From: Pseudomonadota bacterium
GTDB taxonomy: Bacteria; Bdellovibrionota; Bdellovibrionia; Bdellovibrionales; SG-bin7
NCBI GenBank assembly: GCA_034439715.1
Contig: JAWXAY010000094.1
Location: forward strand, 1 to 64,000
DNA length: 64,000 nt
Reading direction: 5' to 3'
How positions within the stretch are numbered: position 1 is the first letter of the stretch; each line of letters starts with the position of its first letter. Below the pieces are notes generated by a model that saw only the letters and a list, made by a program, of their open reading frames with translations, was not told the origin of the DNA and ran no database searches. Below are positions 1 to 8,948 of the stretch, piece after piece. The translations under genes and the position numbers were made by a program.

Positions 1-85
1 AAATATTAAAAACGATGCAGGACTTCTCGCTAATTACAATAACCAGAGGCAATCAACCGCGCCAATTTAAAGCGGAAGAAATTGC

Positions 86-301
86 GTGAACACCACAGTT
101 GCCGATAATGATCCTCAGGCGATAAAGATGGCTTACCACTCCCTATTCGATGCAGTCGTAATCGGCGCTGAAAACGATCATGGAGAAAGATCCATCACCT
201 ATGTTTTAGGTGATGGATCACATGAGGACTATTTTGGTCCAAGGTCAGAAATGGTGGAGGCGGGGGGAATCGAACCCCCGTCCGCGAGAGATCCTGCATA
301 A
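86..301 (+). pseudogene. Possible C-terminal remnant of a site-specific recombinase reading into the tmRNA 3' end
   Basis: ORF ends in MVEAGGIEPPS, the antisense translation of the tmRNA 3' arm. In-frame TAA at 68-70; a different frame is open from the window start to TGA 87-89 (GTGA overlap or frameshift). No catalytic motif visible. Confidence 0.3.
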
Positions 302-608
302 GACGGGCTACATGTTTAGTCTGTAATTTGTTTTTGGCTGCAAGCGCCCACAGACAGGCTATCACAACCAATTTCCTCGGAATATTTAAGTGTTAAAGCC
401 CGAGGAGCGCCGTAACACCTAGACAGCTAAAGTGTCGCTACTTTTGGCCCCGCCATCAATCAGCCAAAGTAACGCAAGCTACCCTTAGGCAGCGAGAGCA
501 ACGTTGTCGTTGCCAGATAAACAGTTGGTAAGTTTTTAACGAGCTCCTCATACCATGCCCGACATGCTTCTCACGATTCACTACCCACGTCGAAACCTTG
601 TCGCCCCC
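252..608 (-). ncRNA. ssrA: tmRNA; resume-frame tag GNDNVALAA* at 514-485
   Basis: 5' GGGGGCGA..., 3' T-arm GGTTCGATTCC and ...CGCCTCCACCA; internal ORF ggc aac gac aac gtt gct ctc gct gcc taa; 357 nt. Confidence 0.97.
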
Positions 609-782
609 AGTTCTTTCTAAAAAAATCCCGCAATGACTCACCTCCAACATGAGGTTAGTGGTTACATTTGTCAAATAATTAGACACTTCAGTTGAGCTAA
701 GCACCTAGAATCACGCTGATTTGGCGGCATGGAAACTGCAGTATTTATATTTGAGTTCAATTTGGATGTACGGGAGATTTCT

Positions 783-1505
783 ATGAAAGCATATAAAGAT
801 CAAATTTATATATTATTGGTGACCGGACTGTTAACAGTCGTAACTTTAGCCTTCTCCAACTGTGGAAAGGTAAAATTCGACACAACTTCAACATCAAATA
901 AAACAGGCAACGATGTATTAACGGTCGATCCAGGTAACGTTAGATCGGGTGGTCCTGACGACTCGGCTAACGATCCAGCTGATGGTCCCGATGATGGCGA
1001 TGATAATGATGATGATAATGATGATGATAATGATGATGACCATGACGGCAACGGCTGTCACGGAAACGGCGATTCCGACCACGATGGCAAAAAGGGCTGT
1101 AAATTTAACGGCATTAAAGACGTTATTGTTAATATCGCTAGAATTGAAATTCGCGGTACTCGTGGTCAGGTTCTTGTGATCACAGGTGACCTTGGTGAAA
1201 CCAGCATCATTAACGGTGAATTGCCGATCTCAGTTGCCGAAGATATCGACGCTGTAGCGATCCGTCTCATACTTAAGGATGGCGGCAATATACTAATCGA
1301 TAACGATAATAAAAGCTTCGATCTGAAAACACCCAGCGGACAGGAATCAGGTCTTAAAATACCCTTTAGAGGAAACACCAAGCTCGAAGGTCCTGGCGCC
1401 TACTTGTTGAAATTTCAGTTTAGTGCCGAATCTCAAATCGTACACGCCGGTAAAAAATGTTTGTTAAAACCTGTGTTAAAATTCGTGTCGATATTACCGA
1501 TTTAA
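783..1505 (+). CDS. Lipoprotein with Asp/His-rich linker and DUF4382-like C-terminal domain
   Basis: ATG 783 follows GGGAG; signal peptide ending LAFSNC; C-terminal DLKTPSGQESGLKI ... LLKPVLK resembles DUF4382. Confidence 0.65.
   Translation: MKAYKDQIYILLVTGLLTVVTLAFSNCGKVKFDTTSTSNKTGNDVLTVDPGNVRSGGPDDSANDPADGPDDGDDNDDDNDDDNDDDHDGNGCHGNGDSDHDGKKGCKFNGIKDVIVNIARIEIRGTRGQVLVITGDLGETSIINGELPISVAEDIDAVAIRLILKDGGNILIDNDNKSFDLKTPSGQESGLKIPFRGNTKLEGPGAYLLKFQFSAESQIVHAGKKCLLKPVLKFVSILPI
998..1046 (+). repeat. In-frame GATAATGATGAT-type tandem repeat (DDDN)n
   Basis: gcgatgataatgatgatgataatgatgatgataatgatgatgaccatgac read directly. Confidence 0.85.
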
Positions 1506-1526
1506 TTTAATCGTGAAAACTTAATT

Positions 1527-1556
1527 AAAAAAGGCTCCGTAGGGAGCCTTTTTTTT
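1527..1556. terminator. Bidirectional intrinsic terminator
   Basis: AAAAAAGGCTCC-GTAG-GGAGCCTTTTTTTT between convergent genes. Confidence 0.9.
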
Positions 1557-1600
1557 ATAGTGCGTACGGATTCCTATTTTCAAACCCGCATCGTTCCCTA

Positions 1601-1900
1601 TTACTGCTTCGGAGCTTCTGATGGTGTTTTTTCTTCCATCTTTTTAATCCGCTCTTCCAGACGACCTTTTTTCTTTTCCATGTGTTCCATGCGTTTTTCC
1701 ATGTGAGCCTCACGCATCATGCCATGGCATTTTTGCATGTCTTCTTGCTTTTGTGCGGCCGCCACACAGGTCTTGTGTTCCTGCATTTTTACTAGTTTTT
1801 CGTCAATTCTAGTTAATACTTCCTGTTTTTTTGCTGTAAAGTCTCCTTCAGCAAAACCAACGCTACTCATTAAAAGTGAAATCATAAAAACGGTTCTCAT
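1601..1900 (-). CDS. Small secreted helical protein (Met/Lys/Glu-rich, two Cys)
   Basis: Signal peptide ending VGFA; AGGAG RBS upstream. Confidence 0.7.
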   Translation of the reverse strand: MRTVFMISLLMSSVGFAEGDFTAKKQEVLTRIDEKLVKMQEHKTCVAAAQKQEDMQKCHGMMREAHMEKRMEHMEKKKGRLEERIKKMEEKTPSEAPKQ

Positions 1901-2597
1901 TTTTTTCTCCTAGTTTAAATGGTTTTTTATACGTATTTGGAAACATGGTTTCTAAATCACTTTGTGGGATGACGATGTCATCGATTTTAGCGTGGGTCTC
2001 AGTTTTTCCGTCAGGGTTTTTATGGCTTTTAAGTACAACCTCGGCATAATCATCACCGACGTTAACGCTAGCAGTGAATTTGAGATCACTCACTTTTCGT
2101 GGACTACCTTCAAAAAATATTATTTCACTCACAGTTTTAGAAACAGTGGCTACTTTTGAACCGTCTTTATAAATTCCATTTCCTCTAAATCTAACAATTC
2201 GGTTGTCAAGGAATCGAAAATCGCCAGTTGTCGAAACAGTAGTCGGGGCCCTTGGTCTTACATTTAGCCCCGTCGTGAGAAGAACTTCTGCCTTCCCCGC
2301 GCCCTGTTCGGTATCCCCAATTATATGTTCGTAAAAATAAATACTGCAAATTTGGCCATTGATTTTAAGTGTAGTTTCATAGCGAGGGGGATTTTCGTGA
2401 TTTTCAACCGAATTTGTCCCAACTACGCAGTCTGTGCCGCTGGCCAAAGTAGCTTCAGCAATAACTTTTCCGGAGTAAATTAGGCTCGAAACCACTGTAG
2501 TTGATTGCAATAAAAACTTTTTTTCTTCAAAGGTGCGTTTGGCCTGAGCTGGTCCATTAGAAAACAACAGACTGAGTAATGCCAAACAGTGTTTCAT
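1863..2597 (-). CDS. Secreted hypothetical protein
   Basis: 244-aa ORF, signal peptide ending AQA, GGAG RBS. Confidence 0.7.
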   Translation of the reverse strand: MKHCLALLSLLFSNGPAQAKRTFEEKKFLLQSTTVVSSLIYSGKVIAEATLASGTDCVVGTNSVENHENPPRYETTLKINGQICSIYFYEHIIGDTEQGAGKAEVLLTTGLNVRPRAPTTVSTTGDFRFLDNRIVRFRGNGIYKDGSKVATVSKTVSEIIFFEGSPRKVSDLKFTASVNVGDDYAEVVLKSHKNPDGKTETHAKIDDIVIPQSDLETMFPNTYKKPFKLGEKNENRFYDFTFNE

Positions 2598-2693
2598 GGG
2601 TTCTCCAAGTCCGTTTAATTAAACCAAGTTTAAATCTGGTTAAAGCGGGATGTCCATGAGAATATTGGCATAGGTATTGAAGGAGTAAATGCT

Positions 2694-3074
2694 ATGACTA
2701 AATCTATATCCCTATTGGCCTTAACGGGCTTCGTATTTTTGAGTTTATGTGCTGTCGCCCAGGAATCAGTAGAGCCTGAAAGGGTATTCAATACCCTCAC
2801 GCCCGACGACGAGAAATTCCTTGATGAGCTCGATTATATACTGACAGGCGGTCCAATGGGGCGGTTGAAACTCATACAGGCACCACAGTCAGTTAATACT
2901 TTGGTTGCCGCAGGATACTCAGTACAGCAACTCACGTACTTTGAAGCTAAAGAGAAAAATCACAAATGTGTAATTGAGTTAAAATTTGTAGGCCCATCGA
3001 AAAAGAGCATAAATATTTACTACGATGCGTTTACTATAGAAATGAAGAGTCGCTGCAACATCCAGGAGCCTTGA
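2694..3074 (+). CDS. Secreted hypothetical protein
   Basis: AGGAG RBS, signal peptide ending AVA. Confidence 0.7.
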   Translation: MTKSISLLALTGFVFLSLCAVAQESVEPERVFNTLTPDDEKFLDELDYILTGGPMGRLKLIQAPQSVNTLVAAGYSVQQLTYFEAKEKNHKCVIELKFVGPSKKSINIYYDAFTIEMKSRCNIQEP

Positions 3075-3158
3075 CTGTCTTTTGTCTTTTTTGAGTGCCC
3101 AATTTGCGCTCTATTGGGCGTATAAAATAGATGAAATGGAATATAATAGAGTTGGTTT

Positions 3159-3174
3159 TGGCGCCGCTCTTGCT
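3159..3174 (+). promoter_or_regulatory. Sigma54-type -24/-12 promoter
   Basis: TGGCGCCGCTCTTGCT, exact GG-N10-GC spacing. Confidence 0.6.
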
Positions 3175-3184
3175 CTAGTAATCT

Positions 3185-3310
3185 CTGTCGTACGTATGCT
3201 GATTCTGTACGTTTGCTGCAAGGTCTTGGCGATGAGACCCCTCCCCTAGGAGTCAGAAGGGCCTTTAATATGGCTTTTTTAGCTCCAACTCATCGCTGAG
3301 ACTTAGATTT
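3185..3310 (+). ncRNA. Candidate structured small RNA, family unknown
   Basis: 16-bp stem 3221-3236/3289-3304 and 14-of-15-bp stem 3249-3263/3272-3286 with 7 G-U pairs valid only on + strand; downstream of a sigma54 motif; between convergent genes. Confidence 0.6.
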
Positions 3311-3313
3311 TAT

Positions 3314-4255
3314 CTAATTGTTGGTGGTCTTAGTTTCAATCTTCTCGGTCACCGGAAAAAACTGAAGATTCAGCTGATAAATTCGCTCACCTTTGGAATT
3401 CATGCGTTTTGCTTGAACATCCTTACTGATGCGTTTTTTTAACTGACGAATTTCAAATTTAATCTGATTAAACTCTTCTTCTGTCAGAGCTAATGTGGCC
3501 GCGCCAATTTCGCGATCGACCGGATTGTCTTTATAAAGTGATTCTAACCCCAAATAAATCAAATCTGTTTGAAGTTTTCGAATTAACTCAATAGGCACAT
3601 TCTGCGCCGAATCCATCAGCTCGCGGCTCTTTTTAATTTCGCCTGAAATCTCATCGCGCTTTAAAATTCCTGAATCAAAAAGCTGGCGAAGTGATTCTTG
3701 AATTTCCTCAGGTGCGGCGCGATTGCCCAATGCTTGAGTCAATTCGAGTGGGTCAAAATTAACATTAGCTTGATCCACCATGCTGTACAGAGTCCAGACC
3801 AGCCAGGTGGGCATTTTCTCCCAAGTTTTTGCATTGAGTTCTCCACGCTGGATCTTTTTTTGAACCCGCATTGTGTTTAGCTCAATGAAATTCTTGTTCC
3901 TCGTCACGGCATCGCTGGATTGATTGTACATGACTAATAAGACAAACTCTTCAGAGTCGATCTTATTAAACTGTAACGCTTTGGCAAATTTTTGCGCCAT
4001 ATCTACAGAGAGATTGCGCTTGCCTTCAACGATGAGTTTTAAATAATTTGGCGATTTAATATCAGCTGCCGCCGAAAATACAGCGTACGAATAAGGACGT
4101 CTGCCTTCATCCGTTTTTACACGAAAATCGTAGTAGTCTTTTAAATACTTTCGATAGTCTAGGTAGTTGATGAGTATGGGGTGAGTCGCTTCATTCACAT
4201 TTCCGTGGGGAAGACTCAAGGTCACTGTTTGTTTTACCGTATCCATGGTTTGCAT
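3314..4255 (-). CDS. TIGR02147/DUF4423-like protein with N-terminal HTH (start uncertain: 4273, 4255 or 4246)
   Basis: YLDYRKYLKDYY...YSYAVFSAAADIKSPNYLKLIVEGKRNLS and C-terminal IYQLNLQFFP. Confidence 0.85.
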   Translation of the reverse strand: MQTMDTVKQTVTLSLPHGNVNEATHPILINYLDYRKYLKDYYDFRVKTDEGRRPYSYAVFSAAADIKSPNYLKLIVEGKRNLSVDMAQKFAKALQFNKIDSEEFVLLVMYNQSSDAVTRNKNFIELNTMRVQKKIQRGELNAKTWEKMPTWLVWTLYSMVDQANVNFDPLELTQALGNRAAPEEIQESLRQLFDSGILKRDEISGEIKKSRELMDSAQNVPIELIRKLQTDLIYLGLESLYKDNPVDREIGAATLALTEEEFNQIKFEIRQLKKRISKDVQAKRMNSKGERIYQLNLQFFPVTEKIETKTTNN

Positions 4256-4335
4256 AGAAAAAAATGTTCCCACAAAAATTTTTGATCCGTCAAAAACTTT
4301 AAGTAAGAACCTTGCGATGAGTCGTTACATATTTT

Positions 4336-5778
4336 TTAAAGAAGGGACTCGTCTACCCCAAAATTTCTGTTAGGAACAATCGTTATGCGTAGCGCACGAT
4401 TCGATTCTTCCTGCAATCTCAAACTCTTGCTACCAAATGCCTGATTGCCTCGATTATAGGGTTGATTTTGTCGTAACAAACTCTTAGTGGCTTTGTCGTT
4501 CATAATTATGCTGCCATTATCGCCTGGTAATCCGTCACTAAAGCCATGCAGCTGGAGGCTAATCTGCAACATACCTCGACCATTGTTGTGGACTAATATG
4601 GCAGATTTTATAGTTTCATTGATAATGTCGTCGTAACCGTCTTCTTCGCTGTTTTTTTCTAATTTAGTATTTACGCTCACCGCAGCGCCTCGTTTAGTAA
4701 CTTCAAGTTCGCCGCCGACTGTAAATGGAGAATAACCCAAGCGGTTAATATCGAGCTGGAATCCGGCTCGGCCATCGACAACTGCAAATGTTTTTAATTC
4801 AGCAATATTGTTCATTCCTTCAGTCGATCCTACAATGTAACGATAATCCATAACTTGAGCAAAAAACTGAACCCATCGGTCAATAATAACATCGCCCTGG
4901 GGTCTTAACATTAATTTAGATGTGTACTCGCCTAAGTAAAGGTTGGCTGGAGAATTTCTTAATACAATATAAGCTTGAGATTCGTCGTTATTTTTTCTCA
5001 ACTGCACAATGGCCGTCGAACATTTGTCGCGTGAGGATTTAGAGACACAGGTTAGGAAGGCCGACAAAGCTTCCGAATCCTCTGAGGCACTACTATCGAT
5101 TTCCATCTTTTCATTTTTAATGGATTTCTTTTGTTCGACAAGATCGCTAACATCTAATGAGTATATCAATTGGCCGATTTCGGCCACAGACACCTGAAGA
5201 GTGTATTTTTGTTCATGCTGACTTTTTACTAGACTTGCCTTAGAAATTCCGCGAGCGAGTTTTTCGTTTCCGCCTTGAACTGCAGAATTATGGCGTACTT
5301 TGTCGTCGTCGGCTGTCCAGTTATTTATATCAAGGTCTTTCTTCATTTTCTCATCAAATTTACTTTTTTCATCGACAGAAGTTCTGCGAGTACCCAATTT
5401 AATTTTGAGGGCATCCATAATATTGTCATCGCCGGCGTCTGTATAATCTAAAAGTTCTGAGCGGCCATATCCCGTTTTAACTACAACTACGTTAGGGTTC
5501 ACCACGTGAGTGTAGTTTGTGGGGTCGTAAGACACTTGTGTGGCTTTATCTTTCGAAAAAACAATGTCGTCGCCTTTTTTATTGAGATTATTTAGATTAT
5601 TGGGATCATTTTGATTAAGGCCGTTATTGCCATTATTTCCATTATGGCCAGGTGGGTACGGTGTGCGAGGTGACGCTGGTGTTCCGTTGCTATTGTTTCG
5701 GCTACCTTGGCAGCCCGACAATATGATGCCGAGTACAAGTCCCATAACTAAGTTTTTCTTTAAATCCATAATTTTCAT
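4336..5778 (-). CDS. Hypothetical lipoprotein with Asn/Pro-rich N-terminal linker
   Basis: Lipobox ILSGC; 480-aa ORF; GAGG RBS. Confidence 0.75.
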   Translation of the reverse strand: MKIMDLKKNLVMGLVLGIILSGCQGSRNNSNGTPASPRTPYPPGHNGNNGNNGLNQNDPNNLNNLNKKGDDIVFSKDKATQVSYDPTNYTHVVNPNVVVVKTGYGRSELLDYTDAGDDNIMDALKIKLGTRRTSVDEKSKFDEKMKKDLDINNWTADDDKVRHNSAVQGGNEKLARGISKASLVKSQHEQKYTLQVSVAEIGQLIYSLDVSDLVEQKKSIKNEKMEIDSSASEDSEALSAFLTCVSKSSRDKCSTAIVQLRKNNDESQAYIVLRNSPANLYLGEYTSKLMLRPQGDVIIDRWVQFFAQVMDYRYIVGSTEGMNNIAELKTFAVVDGRAGFQLDINRLGYSPFTVGGELEVTKRGAAVSVNTKLEKNSEEDGYDDIINETIKSAILVHNNGRGMLQISLQLHGFSDGLPGDNGSIIMNDKATKSLLRQNQPYNRGNQAFGSKSLRLQEESNRALRITIVPNRNFGVDESLL

Positions 5779-5818
5779 AACAGTTTCCTCATGAAAAATT
5801 TAATCTCAACCATAGGAG

Positions 5819-5834
5819 TGCAAGGGGCAGGCCA
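5819..5834 (-). promoter_or_regulatory. Sigma54-type promoter for the 4336-5778 lipoprotein
   Basis: TGGCCTGCCCCTTGCA on - strand, 40 nt upstream of ATG. Confidence 0.6.
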
Positions 5835-5991
5835 TGTCGCCAATCGTAAATGTCTGAATTGACAAGGGTATTAACCGGGTTTTAGGGGTGTTTGGGGGGC
5901 GAGTGACGGCATTTTCCGTCACTGTGTAAAGCTCGTGGACAGGCGCCGTTGACACCCGTGTTGTAAGGGTCTGCAAGTTGGGGGTACCAGC

Positions 5992-6732
5992 TCAGTCCAA
6001 AAATTCGCAAATATTTTGTTGGTGCCGTAAAGACATGCGGCACTCTCGATAATTTGAACAATGTAACTCAACCAATTGCCAAAATGCGCGCGAGTGATTG
6101 GGGTGCTTCAAATGCGCGAGCTCATGAATCAAAACATAATCGATAATTTCCAAAGGAAAAGTCATTAACTTCCAGTTCAAAGAGATAGTGCCAGAGGGGC
6201 TGCAACTACCCCAGCGAGTACGCTGACCACGAATTGAAATCGCTCTAAATCCTAGTCCCATTATCTCTGACCAATGACTTAGGCGTTCCGGCAAAAACTT
6301 TTTAGCCTGCCTCAAGTAAAATGCACGAAATAATTTTTGCCAGGCGGACAAAGAAAAACCTTCAGGTACCCCAGCTTTTAAATAGGGAGGAGAGTATTTA
6401 AGCGTTGGTCGCTTTTTCATCCCATTAGAAAGTTGCAAAGAAAAATTCTTACCTAAAAAAGGAAATTCCTCACCAGAAACAAACTGCTTTCGAGGCGACT
6501 GCGCTACGCGTGCGAGCTGGCCCTTAAGCCACGCTTCATTTTCCGACAAAAATCGTAAAAGTTCACTTTCGCCTGTGTTCACACGACACGAAATTCTAAT
6601 CTTGCCACTTCTATGAACATTTAGACGCAGGGTTTTTTGGTAAGGTTTACGAAAAATATCAATCTTTTGGCCTTTGAACTCCAGGCTCGAAACTTGCATT
6701 TTTGGTCTTTTGAAAAAATTAAAAAGTTCCAT
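5992..6732 (-). CDS. YgjP-like (DUF45) zinc metallopeptidase-family protein; start uncertain
   Basis: RWGSCS...ISLNWKL...DYVLIHELAHLKHPNHSRAFW. Confidence 0.9.
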   Translation of the reverse strand: MELFNFFKRPKMQVSSLEFKGQKIDIFRKPYQKTLRLNVHRSGKIRISCRVNTGESELLRFLSENEAWLKGQLARVAQSPRKQFVSGEEFPFLGKNFSLQLSNGMKKRPTLKYSPPYLKAGVPEGFSLSAWQKLFRAFYLRQAKKFLPERLSHWSEIMGLGFRAISIRGQRTRWGSCSPSGTISLNWKLMTFPLEIIDYVLIHELAHLKHPNHSRAFWQLVELHCSNYRECRMSLRHQQNICEFLD

Positions 6733-6832
6733 AGACTTATCATTGACAGTATGGTCAAAAAAGAAGCCTTGCGGCAAGCAAAAAGAATGTGGCTTGAGAG
6801 GCTAAAGATTGTTAATTTCTAGCCAATATTTG

Positions 6833-6929
6833 TGGCCGGGTCCCATACAATGGCGAGCCTGCTAACCCCGCCAGGTCCGAAAGGAAGCAACGGTACCAGA
6901 ACTCCCATGTGATATGGGGTGCTCGGCCA
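6833..6929 (+). ncRNA. ffs: Bacterial small SRP RNA (4.5S)
   Basis: Helix-8 motif CCGCCAGGTCCGAAAGGAAGCAACGG, closing stem TGGCCGGG/CTCGGCCA, located just upstream of dnaX. Confidence 0.92.
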
Positions 6930-6960
6930 ACCTAAAAGATGTCGGCAATAAAGGGGAAGA

Positions 6961-8625
6961 ATGTCATATCAGGTAATTGCAAGAAAATGGCGCTCTAAAA
7001 CTTTCTTAGAACTTGTCGGCCAAGAACATATTTCAGTAACGTTGTTAAACGCCTTAAAAACAGATCGTTTAGCGCATGCCCTACTCTTTACGGGGCCTCG
7101 CGGAACAGGCAAAACATCGGTTGCAAGAATTTTAGCTAAGAGTATTCGTTGCGTGAACGTCAAGGATTTTGTGCCCTGTGGAAAGTGTTCGATCTGCGAA
7201 GAAATTGGTTCTGGCACAAGCGTAGACGTCATCGAAATTGATGGGGCCAGTAATAACGGTGTCGATTCTATTCGCGAATTGCGAGAAACCGTTGCCTATA
7301 TGCCGTCGTCGGGTAAATGGAAAGTCTATATCGTCGACGAAGTTCACATGCTTTCAACCAGCGCCTTCAATGCCTTACTCAAAACCTTAGAAGAGCCACC
7401 TGCCCACGTCATTTTTATTTTAGCAACGACCGAAGTTCAAAAAATACCAGCTACGATTTTATCGCGCTGTCAGCGTTATGATTTTCGCCGCATTCCTTTA
7501 AAACAAATTGTACAACACCTCGAAAAAATCTGTACCGCCGAAGGCGTCGAGATTGAGTCTGCCGCATTGTGGATGATCGCTCGCCAGAGCGAAGGTTCGA
7601 TGCGTGACAGTCAGAGTTTGCTCGATCAAGTCATTAATTTTTGTAATAAAAAAGTCACTAATGAAAAAGTTATTGAAATGTTAGGCCTAACCGATCGCGC
7701 GCTGGTTATGAATACCATTAGTGGATTAGTGGCTCGTGATAGCAAAACTATATTAACAGTCATTGAAAAAGTTTTTAGGGGCGGCTTTGACGCCAAAATA
7801 TTTTGCCAAGAAATTCTCGAGGAGTTGCGAAATCTATTAATGGTTAAAATGGCCGGACCCCAGTTGAGTGCGCTGGTGGATTTACCCGAGAGTGAAATCG
7901 AGTTTTTAAAGGCTCAGGCTCAAAACTTGTCTTCTGAAGATATTCACCTGCTATTTGATATGGCCCTTAAAGGGGCTGGTGATCTATTTAGAGCTCAAGA
8001 CGGCAAGTTGGTTCTCGAAATGATTTTATTGAGAATGGCAGAGGCACCTCGCGTTCAGAACATTACCAGCTTGTTAGAGCAAATGAAAAACGGCGCGCCG
8101 ACATCCGCAATTATTTCCGCGCCAACGCCAACGCCAGTGTCAGCGTCCATCGCAGCGCCAGCGTCCCTCGCAGCGCCAACGCCCATCGTAGCGCCACTTA
8201 AACATGTGGCGTACGTGCACAACGAAAATCATTATCAAGAAAAGTGGATAGACTTTGTTCATAAGATTAAAAATCTCAACGCCCTTATTGGTGCTAAACT
8301 TGAAAACACTCATTTATTGAAAGTCGAGGGCGATCAGCTCACTATTGGTATTCCTCAATCGCTCGAGTTTTTACACTCTCAAGCCAATGAACCTGAGTTT
8401 TTAAAAAAAGTGGCTAACTACCTCACTACTTTTTGGGGAAAAAACTATCGAATTGAGGTGGTCATCGAGGATAAGGCCTCAAAACTTTCACCGAAGGCTC
8501 ACGCCGAGAAAGAGCAAATAGATCAAGCTGAAGTGCTTAGACAACAAATTGAAAATCACCCCTTAGTGCAGACTGTACAAAAACAACTAAAAACAAAAAT
8601 ACAAGCGATCAAGGAGTTAACATGA
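6961..8625 (+). CDS. dnaX: DNA polymerase III subunit gamma/tau
   Basis: YQVIARKWR, GPRGTGKTS, EIDGASNNGVD, DEVHML, SRCQ. Confidence 0.98.
   Translation: MSYQVIARKWRSKTFLELVGQEHISVTLLNALKTDRLAHALLFTGPRGTGKTSVARILAKSIRCVNVKDFVPCGKCSICEEIGSGTSVDVIEIDGASNNGVDSIRELRETVAYMPSSGKWKVYIVDEVHMLSTSAFNALLKTLEEPPAHVIFILATTEVQKIPATILSRCQRYDFRRIPLKQIVQHLEKICTAEGVEIESAALWMIARQSEGSMRDSQSLLDQVINFCNKKVTNEKVIEMLGLTDRALVMNTISGLVARDSKTILTVIEKVFRGGFDAKIFCQEILEELRNLLMVKMAGPQLSALVDLPESEIEFLKAQAQNLSSEDIHLLFDMALKGAGDLFRAQDGKLVLEMILLRMAEAPRVQNITSLLEQMKNGAPTSAIISAPTPTPVSASIAAPASLAAPTPIVAPLKHVAYVHNENHYQEKWIDFVHKIKNLNALIGAKLENTHLLKVEGDQLTIGIPQSLEFLHSQANEPEFLKKVANYLTTFWGKNYRIEVVIEDKASKLSPKAHAEKEQIDQAEVLRQQIENHPLVQTVQKQLKTKIQAIKELT
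8141..8194 (+). repeat. Three imperfect 18-bp in-frame repeats in the DnaX Pro/Ala linker
   Basis: cagcgtccatcgcagcgc / cagcgtccctcgcagcgc / caacgcccatcgtagcgc. Confidence 0.8.
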
Positions 8626-8945
8626 AAGGCTTTCCCGGAGGCATGCAACAGTTCGTAAAGCAAGCCAACCAATTGCAAACTAAGCTTAAAAAGCTACAAG
8701 AAGAGTTAGAAGTTCGTGAATACGAAGCCAGTTCTGGTGGTGGCGCGGTTAAAGTTAAAATCAAGGGCGACAGTGAAATTTTGAATCTTGAAATTAGCGA
8801 AGATGTTTTTAAAGGTGGCGATAAAGAAATGTTGCAGGATTTAGTTCTGACGGCTGTGAATGAAGTTTTAAAGGTTTCTAAAGCAACTAGCCAAGCGGAA
8901 ATGGAAAAGCTCACCGGCAACGTAAAAATGCCAGGAATGTTTTAA
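8622..8945 (+). CDS. ybaB: YbaB/EbfC nucleoid-associated protein
   Basis: SSGGGAVKV, DKEMLQDLVLTAVNE; between dnaX and recR. Confidence 0.96.
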   Translation: MKGFPGGMQQFVKQANQLQTKLKKLQEELEVREYEASSGGGAVKVKIKGDSEILNLEISEDVFKGGDKEMLQDLVLTAVNEVLKVSKATSQAEMEKLTGNVKMPGMF

Positions 8946-8948
8946 ACA

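Noticed and set aside
456..704. 82-aa ORF on - strand
   Set aside because: Overlaps the tmRNA gene in a non-tag frame; no coding features.
2666..2681. Sigma54-like TGGCATAG-N3-TTGAA (similar motif on - at 46230-46215)
   Set aside because: Lacks the conserved -12 C; at 2666 the implied start site would fall downstream of the RBS. Not called.
3196..3249. 17-codon ORF MLILYVCCKVLAMRPLP inside the sRNA candidate
   Set aside because: No RBS and most of it is buried in stems; the RNA structure explains the region better.
8397..8417. Slippery-looking TTTTTTAAAAAAAG in dnaX with a nearby -1 frame stop
   Set aside because: Not the in-frame A_AAA_AAG, lies inside the C-terminal domain rather than after domain III, no clear stimulatory hairpin, and such runs are common in AT-rich DNA.
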